From Candidatus Terrybacteria bacterium RIFCSPHIGHO2_01_FULL_48_17 (lineage in GTDB: Bacteria > Patescibacteriota > Minisyncoccia > Terrybacterales > 2-01-FULL-58-14): a stretch of DNA of 64,000 bases. Both the position numbers and the translations under genes were made by a program. The DNA lies in assembly GCA_001822835.1 (NCBI GenBank), contig MHSS01000005.1:1719-65718 (forward strand), read 5' to 3'. The notes below the pieces were generated by a model that was not told the origin of the DNA, searched no databases, and worked only from the letters and a program-made list of their open reading frames with translations. Positions 1 to 8,845 of the stretch are shown one piece after another; the first letter of the stretch is position 1, and each line of letters begins with the position of its first letter.

Positions 1-1638
1 ATCGTACTGGTTCATATTCGCCAGAAGGTGTTGGGAAATCAGAGGGAACGCTTTTCTGATGAGCCGCACCTTCTCTTGTTCGATCTTCCGGTAGTCGGGG
101 TGGCCTTCGGGAATAGTTCGCAGTTCGGCTTCCCAGAAAAAGGAACGCAAATTTTGCCACTGTTGAAATCGCATGCGATATGCAAGCGGAACCGCATATT
201 GTGCAATTTCTGGATCCTGCGCCTCGATTGCGGAAAAAACTGCTTCGGCTTGTGAAATTGCTCCTCGAAATTCTTTTTCAAGACCGGCATCGATCACTTC
301 CGATGGCACATCATAACCATGATGGACGGAAAATAACTGCCTTTGCTGTGTTAACATGCGATGGCGATGCAAATCGCGCCATGCACCTATGTTCATGACG
401 ATCTCAAATCGTACAAAACTATTTTCAAGCGCGCGCCCCACTTTTTGCCAGCGTTGCGTGCGACCCTCAAAGTATTTTGAAACAATTTGCTTTTTCTTAT
501 CCGGCGGCATGCTGCGCACTTTTTCGAATATCTCGCTCCACGAATGGCGCATGCCAGGCGTATCGTAGATCATACTGGCAACAATCTTATTCTCGCCTTC
601 CGAATCGTGCTCAATAAGCGTTACGGCAACGGATTGCGCAGATCTGGGCAAATTATCATTGAATAAATTTTTTGTAAGCGCTGCGGTGCGTTTTTTGCGG
701 TTCCCAAGATATTCTTGGTATTCTTTTGCGATATCTGTTTTTGCTCTGCGCAAAAATGCCGGAATAACCTGATTTAATTCCTCATACGCGCGCTGCCCGG
801 CCCAGCGCACTTCTCCAAGTATGTGTTTTGCGCAACGGCTATACAAATATTCAAACGCCTGGCCATTACCAAAAAATGCAACCTGGCTTAATGTTGCCGC
901 GGGAAGCAAACCGCGTAATACATCAAACGACTTTGCACGAATGACTGCTGGTTTTTCATCTGGAAATTTTCCGGATAACCATTCCTGCATCTTGCCAAGA
1001 AGCTTCGTATAAGTACTAAATAGGCCATCGAGTGCCGCGCGATACTGTTTTTCCAGTCCCATCTTGGCAAGTGTCGGATCTATAAAATATAGGTATTGTC
1101 CGCCCGTTTTTTGGGAATAATCAACATATCTAGTTGATTTTTCAATAGGGGCAAGGCCTATTCTCTGGTCCTCTAAGTGTTTAATCGCTAGCTGCGAAAG
1201 GCCGCAGAAAACAAGATGAGTACCTGCCATTTGTGCAATAGAATCATCGCCATATTGAGCCAACCACTTCAGGTAAAATGCCCGGGCTTTTGGGTTTTGC
1301 AAAAGCTCTATGGCGCCGTGTTTTCTTAACAACATCCAAAATTCGCGTAACGCTTCACTCTGTTTCTGTTTTTCTGCCCAGCTTTCCGGCGCCTCATCTT
1401 CTTCTGGAACCGGATACATAAAGGGATACAAAAATTCATTCAAGAAGATTGCGCGAAGATCTTGAGCTGCGCGGCTCGCCCTTGAACACAACGCGCCGAT
1501 CAGTTCAGGCGAAAAAATAAGCGGCGCATAGACCGACTTGTCAATATTCGTTACAAACGGCTTAAGATGCAACGCATCCCTTCCGCTCCACGGTTCGCCT
1601 TGAAATAGCGGTTCGTACAACTGAAGCTCTTCTTCCAT
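1..1638 (-). CDS. thyX: FAD-dependent thymidylate synthase, long double-domain form (3' end runs off window)
   Basis: Not in ORF track; hand translation from ATG 1638 (AAGGAG RBS) is open to base 1: MEEELQLYEP...YGDDSIAQ...EDQRIGLAPIEKSTRY...LRGLLPAATLSQV...WRDLHRHRM...ELRTIPEGHPDYR; adjacent to tmk and dcd. Confidence 0.9.
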   Translation of the reverse strand, partial: MEEELQLYEPLFQGEPWSGRDALHLKPFVTNIDKSVYAPLIFSPELIGALCSRASRAAQDLRAIFLNEFLYPFMYPVPEEDEAPESWAEKQKQSEALREFWMLLRKHGAIELLQNPKARAFYLKWLAQYGDDSIAQMAGTHLVFCGLSQLAIKHLEDQRIGLAPIEKSTRYVDYSQKTGGQYLYFIDPTLAKMGLEKQYRAALDGLFSTYTKLLGKMQEWLSGKFPDEKPAVIRAKSFDVLRGLLPAATLSQVAFFGNGQAFEYLYSRCAKHILGEVRWAGQRAYEELNQVIPAFLRRAKTDIAKEYQEYLGNRKKRTAALTKNLFNDNLPRSAQSVAVTLIEHDSEGENKIVASMIYDTPGMRHSWSEIFEKVRSMPPDKKKQIVSKYFEGRTQRWQKVGRALENSFVRFEIVMNIGAWRDLHRHRMLTQQRQLFSVHHGYDVPSEVIDAGLEKEFRGAISQAEAVFSAIEAQDPEIAQYAVPLAYRMRFQQWQNLRSFFWEAELRTIPEGHPDYRKIEQEKVRLIRKAFPLISQHLLANMNQYD

Positions 1639-1660
1639 GATCGCTCCTTATGTTAATGAA

Positions 1661-2305
1661 CTAATGATATTTTGCCTTAACAAGCTTATCTAATAAAGGT
1701 TCGATCTGTGCAAAAATTGCTTCGGGCGAATTGCTGCCGTCGATCATATATACATTGTCATTACGCAACATTTTTGCAAGTGCGGTATATTGTGCCCTAA
1801 TTTTTCCCATCGTATCTTTTTTTTCAAAAATGTCAGCTTCGCTCTTTTTCTCTTTTGTTCTTTCAAATGCGATATCCGCCGCAACATCGATTATGATTGT
1901 GAGATCAGGAAACACAAACCACCGTATTTTTCGATGAAGTTGCCATAGTTCTTCAAAAGAAATATCTGTTGCCATGCCGTAAGCCATCGTTGACAAAAAA
2001 TAACGATCGGAAATAACAGCAGTAGGCGCCTTCTTCCCTATTTGAGGAATAATCTCGCGCTCCAAATGCGCTTGCCGATCTTCGATAAAAAGCTCCTGAA
2101 GCGCAAGAGAAGAAATCTCCAGAGCGCCGGTGATGGCCTGGCGGAGCCGTTGTTGGTCATCAAGATAGGAGGGTTCTTTGGTATACACCGCGGAATATCC
2201 TTTTGACGCATACCAGCGGACAATATTTTTAGCTTGTGTCGTCTTTCCGGACCCATCGATTCCCTCAACGGCGATAAAAAAACCAGGGTATGGATTTTCT
2301 TGCAT
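1661..2305 (-). CDS. tmk: Thymidylate kinase
   Basis: FIAVEGIDGSGKTTQ P-loop, TKEP, SDRY, PDLTIIIDV. Confidence 0.95.
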   Translation of the reverse strand: MQENPYPGFFIAVEGIDGSGKTTQAKNIVRWYASKGYSAVYTKEPSYLDDQQRLRQAITGALEISSLALQELFIEDRQAHLEREIIPQIGKKAPTAVISDRYFLSTMAYGMATDISFEELWQLHRKIRWFVFPDLTIIIDVAADIAFERTKEKKSEADIFEKKDTMGKIRAQYTALAKMLRNDNVYMIDGSNSPEAIFAQIEPLLDKLVKAKYH

Positions 2306-2411
2306 ATGCTAATTCCACTTTACTGCCATCAAAATATTTTACAATCTTGACATATAAACTGTTCTATGCCAATGTGTCGTAAGTACGTATGATTAGAGAA
2401 GGAAGGTAAAC

Positions 2412-2594
2412 GTGAAGATCGAGCGGTCCAAAATCGGTGAAACAAAACCGTGCGCTGGTTGCGGAAAGGAAATATCGCCAGCAAGCTATGTCGAAGTGGT
2501 CGAGGGGCGACTTTTCTACCATGCAGACACTGGTCTTTATTGTCTTACCCCGCCAGAAAAGGCACAGCTTCTTAAAATCATTGAGCTTAAGTAA
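2412..2594 (+). CDS. Small hypothetical protein, possible zinc finger
   Basis: GAAGGAAGG RBS before GTG, TTGACA upstream, hairpin right after stop; CAGC...H...C ligand pattern. Confidence 0.6.
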   Translation: MKIERSKIGETKPCAGCGKEISPASYVEVVEGRLFYHADTGLYCLTPPEKAQLLKIIELK

Positions 2595-2596
2595 TT

Positions 2597-2621
2597 AGCG
2601 GCACCTAGAGGTGCCGCTTTC
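2597..2621. terminator. Hairpin between convergent genes
   Basis: AGCGGCACCT-AG-AGGTGCCGCT followed by TT. Confidence 0.7.
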
Positions 2622-2631
2622 ACTTAAAACT

Positions 2632-3192
2632 CTAGAAATTGAGATGCATTTTGCTGGCTGTGGGCCCCTCATCTCCAAAGTACTTGCTTTTCCGAGTCGG
2701 GGCGCCGTATGGCTCCTCTGCTTCGGAAGAGAGCTTCGTAAAACTAATCTGTGCGATAGGCATTTTCCAGTAAAGATTCACGGGTAATTTGCCGATATTG
2801 TGAAGCTCTAAGGTTGGTTTCAGGTGATTTCCCGGATCGATAAAGCCGGCAGTTGCGTGAACGATAATACCAAGGCGCCCCAATGAACTTTTACCGTTCA
2901 GTTGCCCTACGATACCGGCGGACAAGCCCACCTTTTCAAAGGTCACGCCCAACACAAACTCTCCCGGATGAAGCACAAAAGGAACACCTTCTTCCACCAA
3001 TACTTCTTCCATAATATCGTCAACCGGTTCTTTCACATCAATCGCTCCTCGAGATGAGGAGCGAAACGTAAGGAATTTATTTCCTAATCGCAGATCAACA
3101 GATGCGGGCTGCACCATTGCAATGTCGAATGGCTCAACAGCGATAAGCCCTTCGGCAATTCCCTTTTTTATGTCTCTGTCTGATAAAACCAT
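2632..3192 (-). CDS. dcd: dCTP deaminase
   Basis: MVLSDRDI, QPASVDLRLG, GKSSLGRLG, AGFIDPG; start moved to ATG 3192. Confidence 0.95.
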   Translation of the reverse strand: MVLSDRDIKKGIAEGLIAVEPFDIAMVQPASVDLRLGNKFLTFRSSSRGAIDVKEPVDDIMEEVLVEEGVPFVLHPGEFVLGVTFEKVGLSAGIVGQLNGKSSLGRLGIIVHATAGFIDPGNHLKPTLELHNIGKLPVNLYWKMPIAQISFTKLSSEAEEPYGAPTRKSKYFGDEGPTASKMHLNF

Positions 3193-3199
3193 AGCGAGT

Positions 3200-3329
3200 A
3201 AATCCAAATGTCAAAATCCAAAGCCCAAAACAAGCACCGAATCTTAAAATCAAAAAATCTTAAACACGTTTAAAATTTAGTATTTTGGAATTGTAATTTG
3301 TTTTGGATTTTGTGCTTTGTGCTTTAAAT
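3200..3329. repeat. Mirror-image 7-mer repeat element upstream of dcd
   Basis: AAATCCA AATGTCA AAATCCA AAGCCCA ... TTTTGGA TTTTGTG CTTTGTG CTTTAAA. Confidence 0.75.
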
Positions 3330-3752
3330 TTATTCTACTTTAAGCCCCATTGACCGCGCCGTCCCTTCAATAACCTTGATGGCTTGTCCAACGTCTTCGG
3401 TATTCAAATCCGGGATCTTCTGTTCCGCAATTTCACGAATTTTTGCCTTGGTTACTACTCCGGCATTTTTCTTATGGGGCTCGCCCGAACCTTTCTCAAT
3501 TCCTGCTGCCTTGCGCAATAAATCAGAAGCCGGCGGGGTTTTAAGCCGCATATCAAATGTCCGGTCAGTATACACGGTCAATTCAACTGGGATAACGGTA
3601 CCAGCTTTGTCTTTGGTCGCTTCGTTAAATTTTGTACAGAACTCCTGAATATTCAAGCCATGTTGCCCCAAAGCTGGCCCCACCGGAGGAGCAGGCGTTG
3701 CCTGTCCGGCTTGAATTTGTAATTTAATGATTGTCTTGACTTCTTTGGGCAT
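3330..3752 (-). CDS. rplK: 50S ribosomal protein L11
   Basis: [37 protein letters not shown]. Confidence 0.98.
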   Translation of the reverse strand: MPKEVKTIIKLQIQAGQATPAPPVGPALGQHGLNIQEFCTKFNEATKDKAGTVIPVELTVYTDRTFDMRLKTPPASDLLRKAAGIEKGSGEPHKKNAGVVTKAKIREIAEQKIPDLNTEDVGQAIKVIEGTARSMGLKVE

Positions 3753-3756
3753 AAAA

Positions 3757-3795
3757 TACTACGAAATACGAATGATTACGAATATACGAATATAC
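3757..3795. repeat. TACGAA short tandem repeat upstream of rplK
   Basis: tacTACGAAaTACGAAtgatTACGAAtaTACGAAtatac; same left arm as 32383-32451. Confidence 0.7.
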
Positions 3796-3900
3796 AGGCG
3801 TTTCCTTTTTTTCTACCTTACTCCTCCATAAAGGTGTTGGCAATTTTTAGTCCAACTATCTATACGCCGCAAGAAGGACTTTTCTTCCATCTCAATCAAA

Positions 3901-4030
3901 GCGAGCGGCCGTACTTTGAGCGGGTTGCAGGGCCGAACCGGTTCGGGCGCGAGCGGTTGCCCGCCGAGCGGCCTTAAGGAACGGAAGGATTCCTTGCAGA
4001 CGCGAGGCGGGTTACCCGAGCGCCATGAAA
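3901..4030. repeat. GC-rich structured intergenic insert (REP/MITE-like)
   Basis: GGCGC..GGTTGCCCGCC can pair with GGCGGGTTACC..GCGCC; GC-rich against AT-rich flanks. Confidence 0.5.
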
Positions 4031-4049
4031 TGCAAAAACTGCTGCAAGC

Positions 4050-4595
4050 TTACAATTTCTTTACCTGTAAAAAGTCAAGCTCCACGGGGGTGTCGCGGCC
4101 GAACATGTTCACGAGCACCTTTACTTTGCCTCGCGCTTCATCAACATCCGAAACCTTCCCATCCATATCCCTGAAAGGACCGTCGGCGATGCGTACCGTA
4201 TCCCCTACCTTTGTATCAATCTTATACTCCGGCTCTTCTGCGCCGATGCGTTTCAACAACGAATCGATTTCCTCTTTTATTAAAGGCGTTGGGGTGGTTC
4301 CGGCACCCACAAAGCCCGTCACGCGCGGGGTATTACGCACCACATACCATGAATCGTCGGTAACAATCATCTCAACCAAAACGTAGCCCGGATAAACGTT
4401 TTCTTCAACCACCCGCCGCTTTCCACTTTTCACCTCAATTCGTTTTTCTTTTGGCACCAAGACCTGAAAAATCTTATCTTCCATGCCGAGCGATTCAATA
4501 CGCTGCTTAAGCGCCCGCGCCACTGCATCTTCATACCCTGCATAAGTATGAATGACATACCAATTTCGTCCGTATTGCGTGGTTTGTTTTGGCAT
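4050..4595 (-). CDS. nusG: Transcription termination/antitermination factor NusG
   Basis: WYVIHTYAGYE, YPGYVLVEM, VRNTPRVTGFVG, KOW VRIADGPF, MFGRDTPVELDF. Confidence 0.98.
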   Translation of the reverse strand: MPKQTTQYGRNWYVIHTYAGYEDAVARALKQRIESLGMEDKIFQVLVPKEKRIEVKSGKRRVVEENVYPGYVLVEMIVTDDSWYVVRNTPRVTGFVGAGTTPTPLIKEEIDSLLKRIGAEEPEYKIDTKVGDTVRIADGPFRDMDGKVSDVDEARGKVKVLVNMFGRDTPVELDFLQVKKL

Positions 4596-4605
4596 AGACC
4601 GAAGT

Positions 4606-4783
4606 TACAAGATACAAGAAACAATCATCAAATAAATCTCAATGCCCAAATTCCAATGACCAATAAATAACTTAATGTCTTAATGTAAAAACATTTTGCC
4701 ATTGGGGCCTGGATATTTATTGGAAATTGGGATTTGGATATTGGTCATTGTTTGTGCCTTGTATCTTGATGTTTGGATCTTCC
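4606..4783. repeat. Mirror-image 7-mer repeat element between secE and nusG
   Basis: CAAGATA CAAGAAA CAATCAT CAAAT... and opposite arm TTGGAAA TTGGGAT TTGGATA TTGGTCA ... TTGTATC TTGATGT TTGGATC. Confidence 0.8.
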
Positions 4784-4794
4784 CGAATTATTAA

Positions 4795-5154
4795 TTATTG
4801 ATTATTTTCTTCGTTCGGTGTTGTTTCCGTTCCGGTAGCGTCTTGGGTCGCCCCATCCCCTGCCTCTTGGGTCTGTATATTAACAGCACCCTGGTCGGTA
4901 TCGCCTACCTGCACCGGAATATTTTGCGACTGCGATCTTTGCTGAGTGACTACTGTATCAACAAAAAAGAGCGCGCGACTGAACACAAAATCAAAAACGC
5001 CCAAAAGAGCCGCGACGAACGCGGAAAGAAGAATCACAATAAGCGTAAGGCGGACCACCTCTTGTCGTGTCGGCCAATTTACCCGTTGCATCTCGACACG
5101 AACCTCTTTAAGGTACGCCCATGTCTTTAGGGGTAAAGAAAGAATCAGGTTCAT
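4795..5154 (-). CDS. secE: Preprotein translocase subunit SecE with acidic C-terminal tail
   Basis: YLKEVRVEMQRVNWPTRQE, one TM helix, upstream of nusG. Confidence 0.93.
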   Translation of the reverse strand: MNLILSLPLKTWAYLKEVRVEMQRVNWPTRQEVVRLTLIVILLSAFVAALLGVFDFVFSRALFFVDTVVTQQRSQSQNIPVQVGDTDQGAVNIQTQEAGDGATQDATGTETTPNEENNQ

Positions 5155-5279
5155 AAAAACTATTTGTGTATATTTGTTTTCCCACTCGCGCTAATTCGTG
5201 TCTTCTAAAAACAGCCCACGGGGGGCGTCCCCACCAGCATAGGGCTGCCACGATCTTTTGTCAATAATTTGATCCGTGC

Positions 5280-6416
5280 TCAATGCAAATATTGTGCTTT
5301 GGCACGATTGTGTTCTTCAAGAGTACGCGAAAAAACCGTAGTGCCGTCTGGTGCCGAAAGGTAATACAGATATGGCGAGGCCTCTGGATAAATGGCGGCC
5401 GTAAGCGCAGCCAATCCGGGATTGGAAATAGGCCCGACAGGAAGACCCGCGTATTTATAGGTATTATAGGGAGAATCAAATTGCAAATCTTCGATCGTAA
5501 GGGTGCTGGAGGTCTTTTGACCCTTAACTTCAGAACGTTCCAGGGCGTATAAAACCGAAGCGTCAACCTGCAACGGCATACCAATTTCAAGGCGCTTGTA
5601 TAAAATACCGGAAACAACTTTCATGTCACGATCGGTCCGCACTTCTCTTTCAATGATGGATGCTATTGTTACAATATCATGAATTGATTTTCCTTGCCGC
5701 AAAATTTCTTCGCGCAATTCTCCCGACAGCTTATTTTCAAAATTGATGAACATTTTTACAGCAATATCTTGCGGCGCCGAATCTTTACGAAACCGATAGG
5801 TGTCGGGGAAAAGATAACCCTCAAATTCCCGCATACCCACAGGTGCCCGGCTGCACGGTTCGATTAGTTCAAAGTCCGCGCACGCTGCCTCATTGAACAA
5901 GGCCGATAGAAATTCGTTTGCTTCGCCAAGACCTTCTTGGGAAAAACGCGCGTCAATATCGGCAACATCAAACCCTTCCGGAATCGTAACCGTAAGATCG
6001 CGTTCTGGTGGCGCCTTAGCCGTTAACACCTCACTCACACGAAAAGCCGACATTGCGGGTGACAACATAAAATCACCTGCCTTTACTTGCGCTTCCCTAC
6101 CCTGAAAAATTAAAAGTAGCTGAAAAATAAATCCATTGCGAACTAAACCTTGTGCCTGGAGGCGCTGCGCAATATCGCTAATCGTTTCACCCTGCATAAT
6201 TACAAACGACTGTTGTGCTGCCACGTTTTGCGGCGCCTGCAGTAAAAACCAAACCATAAAAATGCACACGGCCAAAATAAGACCGAGGGCAGCCAACGCC
6301 CCCAAAATAATTCGTTTCACCCACCGCCCTCGACCTTTTGGGGGCAATTGTTTCCCGATTTCTGGTTTCTCATCTCCAGTTTCTAATCTCTCTTCAGAAG
6401 CTACAATCTCATGCAT
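5280..6416 (-). CDS. mltG: Endolytic transglycosylase MltG (YceG family)
   Basis: TM anchor, TIPEG, EGYLFPDTY, ASIIERE, MPLQVD, SPYNTY..GLP.GPISNPG; start 6416 or 6449 (track extension overlaps pcm). Confidence 0.93.
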   Translation of the reverse strand: MHEIVASEERLETGDEKPEIGKQLPPKGRGRWVKRIILGALAALGLILAVCIFMVWFLLQAPQNVAAQQSFVIMQGETISDIAQRLQAQGLVRNGFIFQLLLIFQGREAQVKAGDFMLSPAMSAFRVSEVLTAKAPPERDLTVTIPEGFDVADIDARFSQEGLGEANEFLSALFNEAACADFELIEPCSRAPVGMREFEGYLFPDTYRFRKDSAPQDIAVKMFINFENKLSGELREEILRQGKSIHDIVTIASIIEREVRTDRDMKVVSGILYKRLEIGMPLQVDASVLYALERSEVKGQKTSSTLTIEDLQFDSPYNTYKYAGLPVGPISNPGLAALTAAIYPEASPYLYYLSAPDGTTVFSRTLEEHNRAKAQYLH

Positions 6417-6459
6417 GTTTTTTTGAAGATTTTGAGGATTAAATCCCATAAAGCTCGGA

Positions 6460-7143
6460 TTATTCGGATCGCGGATGGATAAGAGGAACAAAGGCAAAAC
6501 CAGGATATTCCTCCTCATCCCATGAGCCATTGTCTTTTTTTCGAAATCGCCACACGCTTGATTGAATTGGTGCGACGATAATGCCACCCGCAGCACACTG
6601 CTCTTTCCACGCATAGGGTAATGTTTCCCCCGCTGCAGCGGCAATAATTCGATCGTACGGCGCGTGTTCGGGCAAGCCCCCGGAGGCATCACCGCATATC
6701 CACTGTACAATCCCTTTCTCAATAAAATTATATTTCGCTACGTTCTTCTTCCCAAACTCGCACAACTCCGGCACCCGCTCCACCGCATACACTCGTCCTG
6801 AACCCTGTCCCTTGCCTGCCCCGTTGCGAACTCGTTCTGCTGCGGGGTCCCCTGTGCGTTGCTTGCTTACAATATACGCAAGCAGCACCGTTTGCCACCC
6901 AGATCCTGCGCCAATATCCAAAACCTTCTGGCCGGGTTGCGGCTCAAGCAATTCCAGCATAAATGCTACGGTTAATGGTTGAGAAATGGTCTGGCCGTGA
7001 CCAATCGGCAAAGGAGCATTTAGTTCCGCTTCGATTCGTAATTCCTCTGAAACGAAATTCTCTCTGGAAACAGCGCGGAACGCCTCAACAATACGAGGAG
7101 TTCGTAAAATTCCCTGTTGTATTAAATCGTCAACGACAGTCAT
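6460..7143 (-). CDS. pcm: Protein-L-isoaspartate O-methyltransferase
   Basis: PLPIGHGQTISQP, VLDIGAGSGWQT, APYDRII, FVPL; start at ATG 7143. Confidence 0.93.
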   Translation of the reverse strand: MTVVDDLIQQGILRTPRIVEAFRAVSRENFVSEELRIEAELNAPLPIGHGQTISQPLTVAFMLELLEPQPGQKVLDIGAGSGWQTVLLAYIVSKQRTGDPAAERVRNGAGKGQGSGRVYAVERVPELCEFGKKNVAKYNFIEKGIVQWICGDASGGLPEHAPYDRIIAAAAGETLPYAWKEQCAAGGIIVAPIQSSVWRFRKKDNGSWDEEEYPGFAFVPLIHPRSE

Positions 7144-7159
7144 CGTGTATAGTATGACA

Positions 7160-7190
7160 GAAAAAATGCGCCCGTGCATTACGGGCGCAA
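7160..7190 (-). terminator. Intrinsic terminator after Clp-like ATPase
   Basis: TGCGCCCGT stem with T-run on minus strand. Confidence 0.6.
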
Positions 7191-7198
7191 GCAATGTT

Positions 7199-8713
7199 TT
7201 ATTCTTGCGGTTTTGGTTCCGGAAACTCGGTATCCTCTTGCGCGTTCGGATTTTCCGTAGACGGCGTTGATCCATCCGGCCGCTTTCGGCGTATCGGAAT
7301 GGGTTTTCCGCCCCGCTGCGACATAGGAGGCCTTGGACGCGGTAAAGGAATTCCTGCACTACGGAACGCATCCACCAATTCTGCCGTGGAAAGCGGATCC
7401 GCCTCCATCGGCTCACGCAATTGCCACGGCGTCGTTGCTCGTTTCCTTCTCGCGCGCCGGACAACCGTCGCGGCTTTCTTCTGTCCGTTTTCTTCCGAGA
7501 AAACAACGTCGAGTAATACCGATTCTCCCGAACGCAGCTTTGCCTCAACGGCGAAATCTGAAATTGGGGCAGCAACAAACTTTTCTATGATAGTGCGTAT
7601 ATTCCGCGCGCCGTATTTAGGATCAACGCCTTCGCTGAACAAAAACTCAAGAAACGGAGCGGTATAAGAAACCGAAAGCGCGGCCGGTGTTCCAGCACTC
7701 CCATCTATCCGTTGTTCCACTATCTCAAGCTCTTTAAACAAGATCCGCCAACACGCCTCCTCGCTCAAGGGGTCAAACACAATAATGCCATCGCTCCCGA
7801 TACGACCCAAGAGTTCCGGTTTAAAGTGCGGCGACTGCTCAATGACGCGTTTTGTGGCGCTCCAAATCTGCTGGCTCTTCCCGTTTGCGCGCGCAATGCG
7901 CTGTTTTACATTCAGCTTAAAGCCCAAACGCCCCGAATCGTCCAGAACGCGCTGGATTTCTTTTGAAGCAATATTGGAAGTCAGCACAAAAAGCGTACCC
8001 GTGAAATCAATAGTCATGCCCTTATTAAGGGTGAACTTTCCTTCTTCCAAAATTCCCAGCAATAAATCGGTAAGTTCGGGTGCTGCTTTTTCAAATTCAT
8101 CCAAAATGATTATTGCTCGCACGGGCCAAAGCTTTTGCCGCAGGCGACCAAGAAAGTTCTCCCGCGCCTTTTGCATGGCGCCGGAGAGCTCAAAAAACAT
8201 TATTGCCTGCTGCCCGAAAAGCTGCACCAAAGATTCTTTGAATTCCTCATAATCCTCAAGGGCTTTGGGAGCGCGCTTTTTGACATCGTATTCTCCCACA
8301 TCTTCAAATGCCGATTTGTCGCCATAGCCCACATAGCTTGGCGGTGCCCCTTTCAAGCGCAACACCTCGTGGCGTTCTTTTATCGCGCCACAGTCGATAT
8401 AAATAATCGGATCTCCCAGTCCCGGCTCAGGATGTCCGATCCATTCCCATCCTAACACCTTCGCAAGAAATGTTTTTCCGGTACCAGTCGGGCCTGCAAA
8501 AAGCATAACGCCTACGGGGCGCTTAGGGTCATTAATGCCCGCATAAAAACGGACAAGAATGCGCACCGCATGGCGTATTGCCCGATCTTGGCCGAACACC
8601 TGATTGCGAATGCGTTCAATCATTGCGCGAAAATGAGATGTTCCTTTCCTGTCGCGCATGAGCATGATGGGAAAACGTGAAGGGTCTACGCCGGTCCGCG
8701 GTTTGTTGGACAC
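7199..8713 (-). CDS. Stand-alone ClpA/B/C D2-type AAA+ ATPase
   Basis: GQDRAI, RPVGVMLFAGPTGTGKT, GAPPSYVGY, ILDEFEKA, TSN, FKPELLGRI, YGARNIR; no D1 or N domain; AGAAAGGTG RBS. Confidence 0.85.
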   Translation of the reverse strand: MSNKPRTGVDPSRFPIMLMRDRKGTSHFRAMIERIRNQVFGQDRAIRHAVRILVRFYAGINDPKRPVGVMLFAGPTGTGKTFLAKVLGWEWIGHPEPGLGDPIIYIDCGAIKERHEVLRLKGAPPSYVGYGDKSAFEDVGEYDVKKRAPKALEDYEEFKESLVQLFGQQAIMFFELSGAMQKARENFLGRLRQKLWPVRAIIILDEFEKAAPELTDLLLGILEEGKFTLNKGMTIDFTGTLFVLTSNIASKEIQRVLDDSGRLGFKLNVKQRIARANGKSQQIWSATKRVIEQSPHFKPELLGRIGSDGIIVFDPLSEEACWRILFKELEIVEQRIDGSAGTPAALSVSYTAPFLEFLFSEGVDPKYGARNIRTIIEKFVAAPISDFAVEAKLRSGESVLLDVVFSEENGQKKAATVVRRARRKRATTPWQLREPMEADPLSTAELVDAFRSAGIPLPRPRPPMSQRGGKPIPIRRKRPDGSTPSTENPNAQEDTEFPEPKPQE

Positions 8714-8811
8714 AGTCAGCCACCTTTCTTATTGCCAAAGAGCAAAATGTAGTTTGCACTGTAGCATTAAAACCCTCGCGAGACAAGGCCCGAATTCTTT
8801 GCCAAAAGAAA

Positions 8812-8840
8812 ACAGCCGCAGATTTTTGCCTGCGGCTGTG
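8812..8840 (-). terminator. Hairpin terminator
   Basis: ACAGCCGCAG...CTGCGGCTGT with T-run on minus strand. Confidence 0.6.
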
Positions 8841-8845
8841 CGAAA

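Noticed and set aside
28-1070. Short ORFs from the track at the window start
   Set aside because: They overlap the uninterrupted minus-strand thyX frame (1-1638), which the track missed because its stop is outside the window
3200-4783. Repeat tracts as CRISPR arrays
   Set aside because: Units are 7-8 nt and degenerate, with no 25-45 nt repeat plus unique spacer structure and no cas genes
5207-5250. Structured sequence upstream of secE as a riboswitch
   Set aside because: No recognisable aptamer consensus; GCAGCCC/GGGCTG stem with T-run fits a terminator after mltG
6417-7578. Long N-terminal extensions of mltG and pcm in the track (also 31280-31522, 11512-11625, 49668-49835)
   Set aside because: They overlap upstream genes; recognisable domains begin at downstream starts
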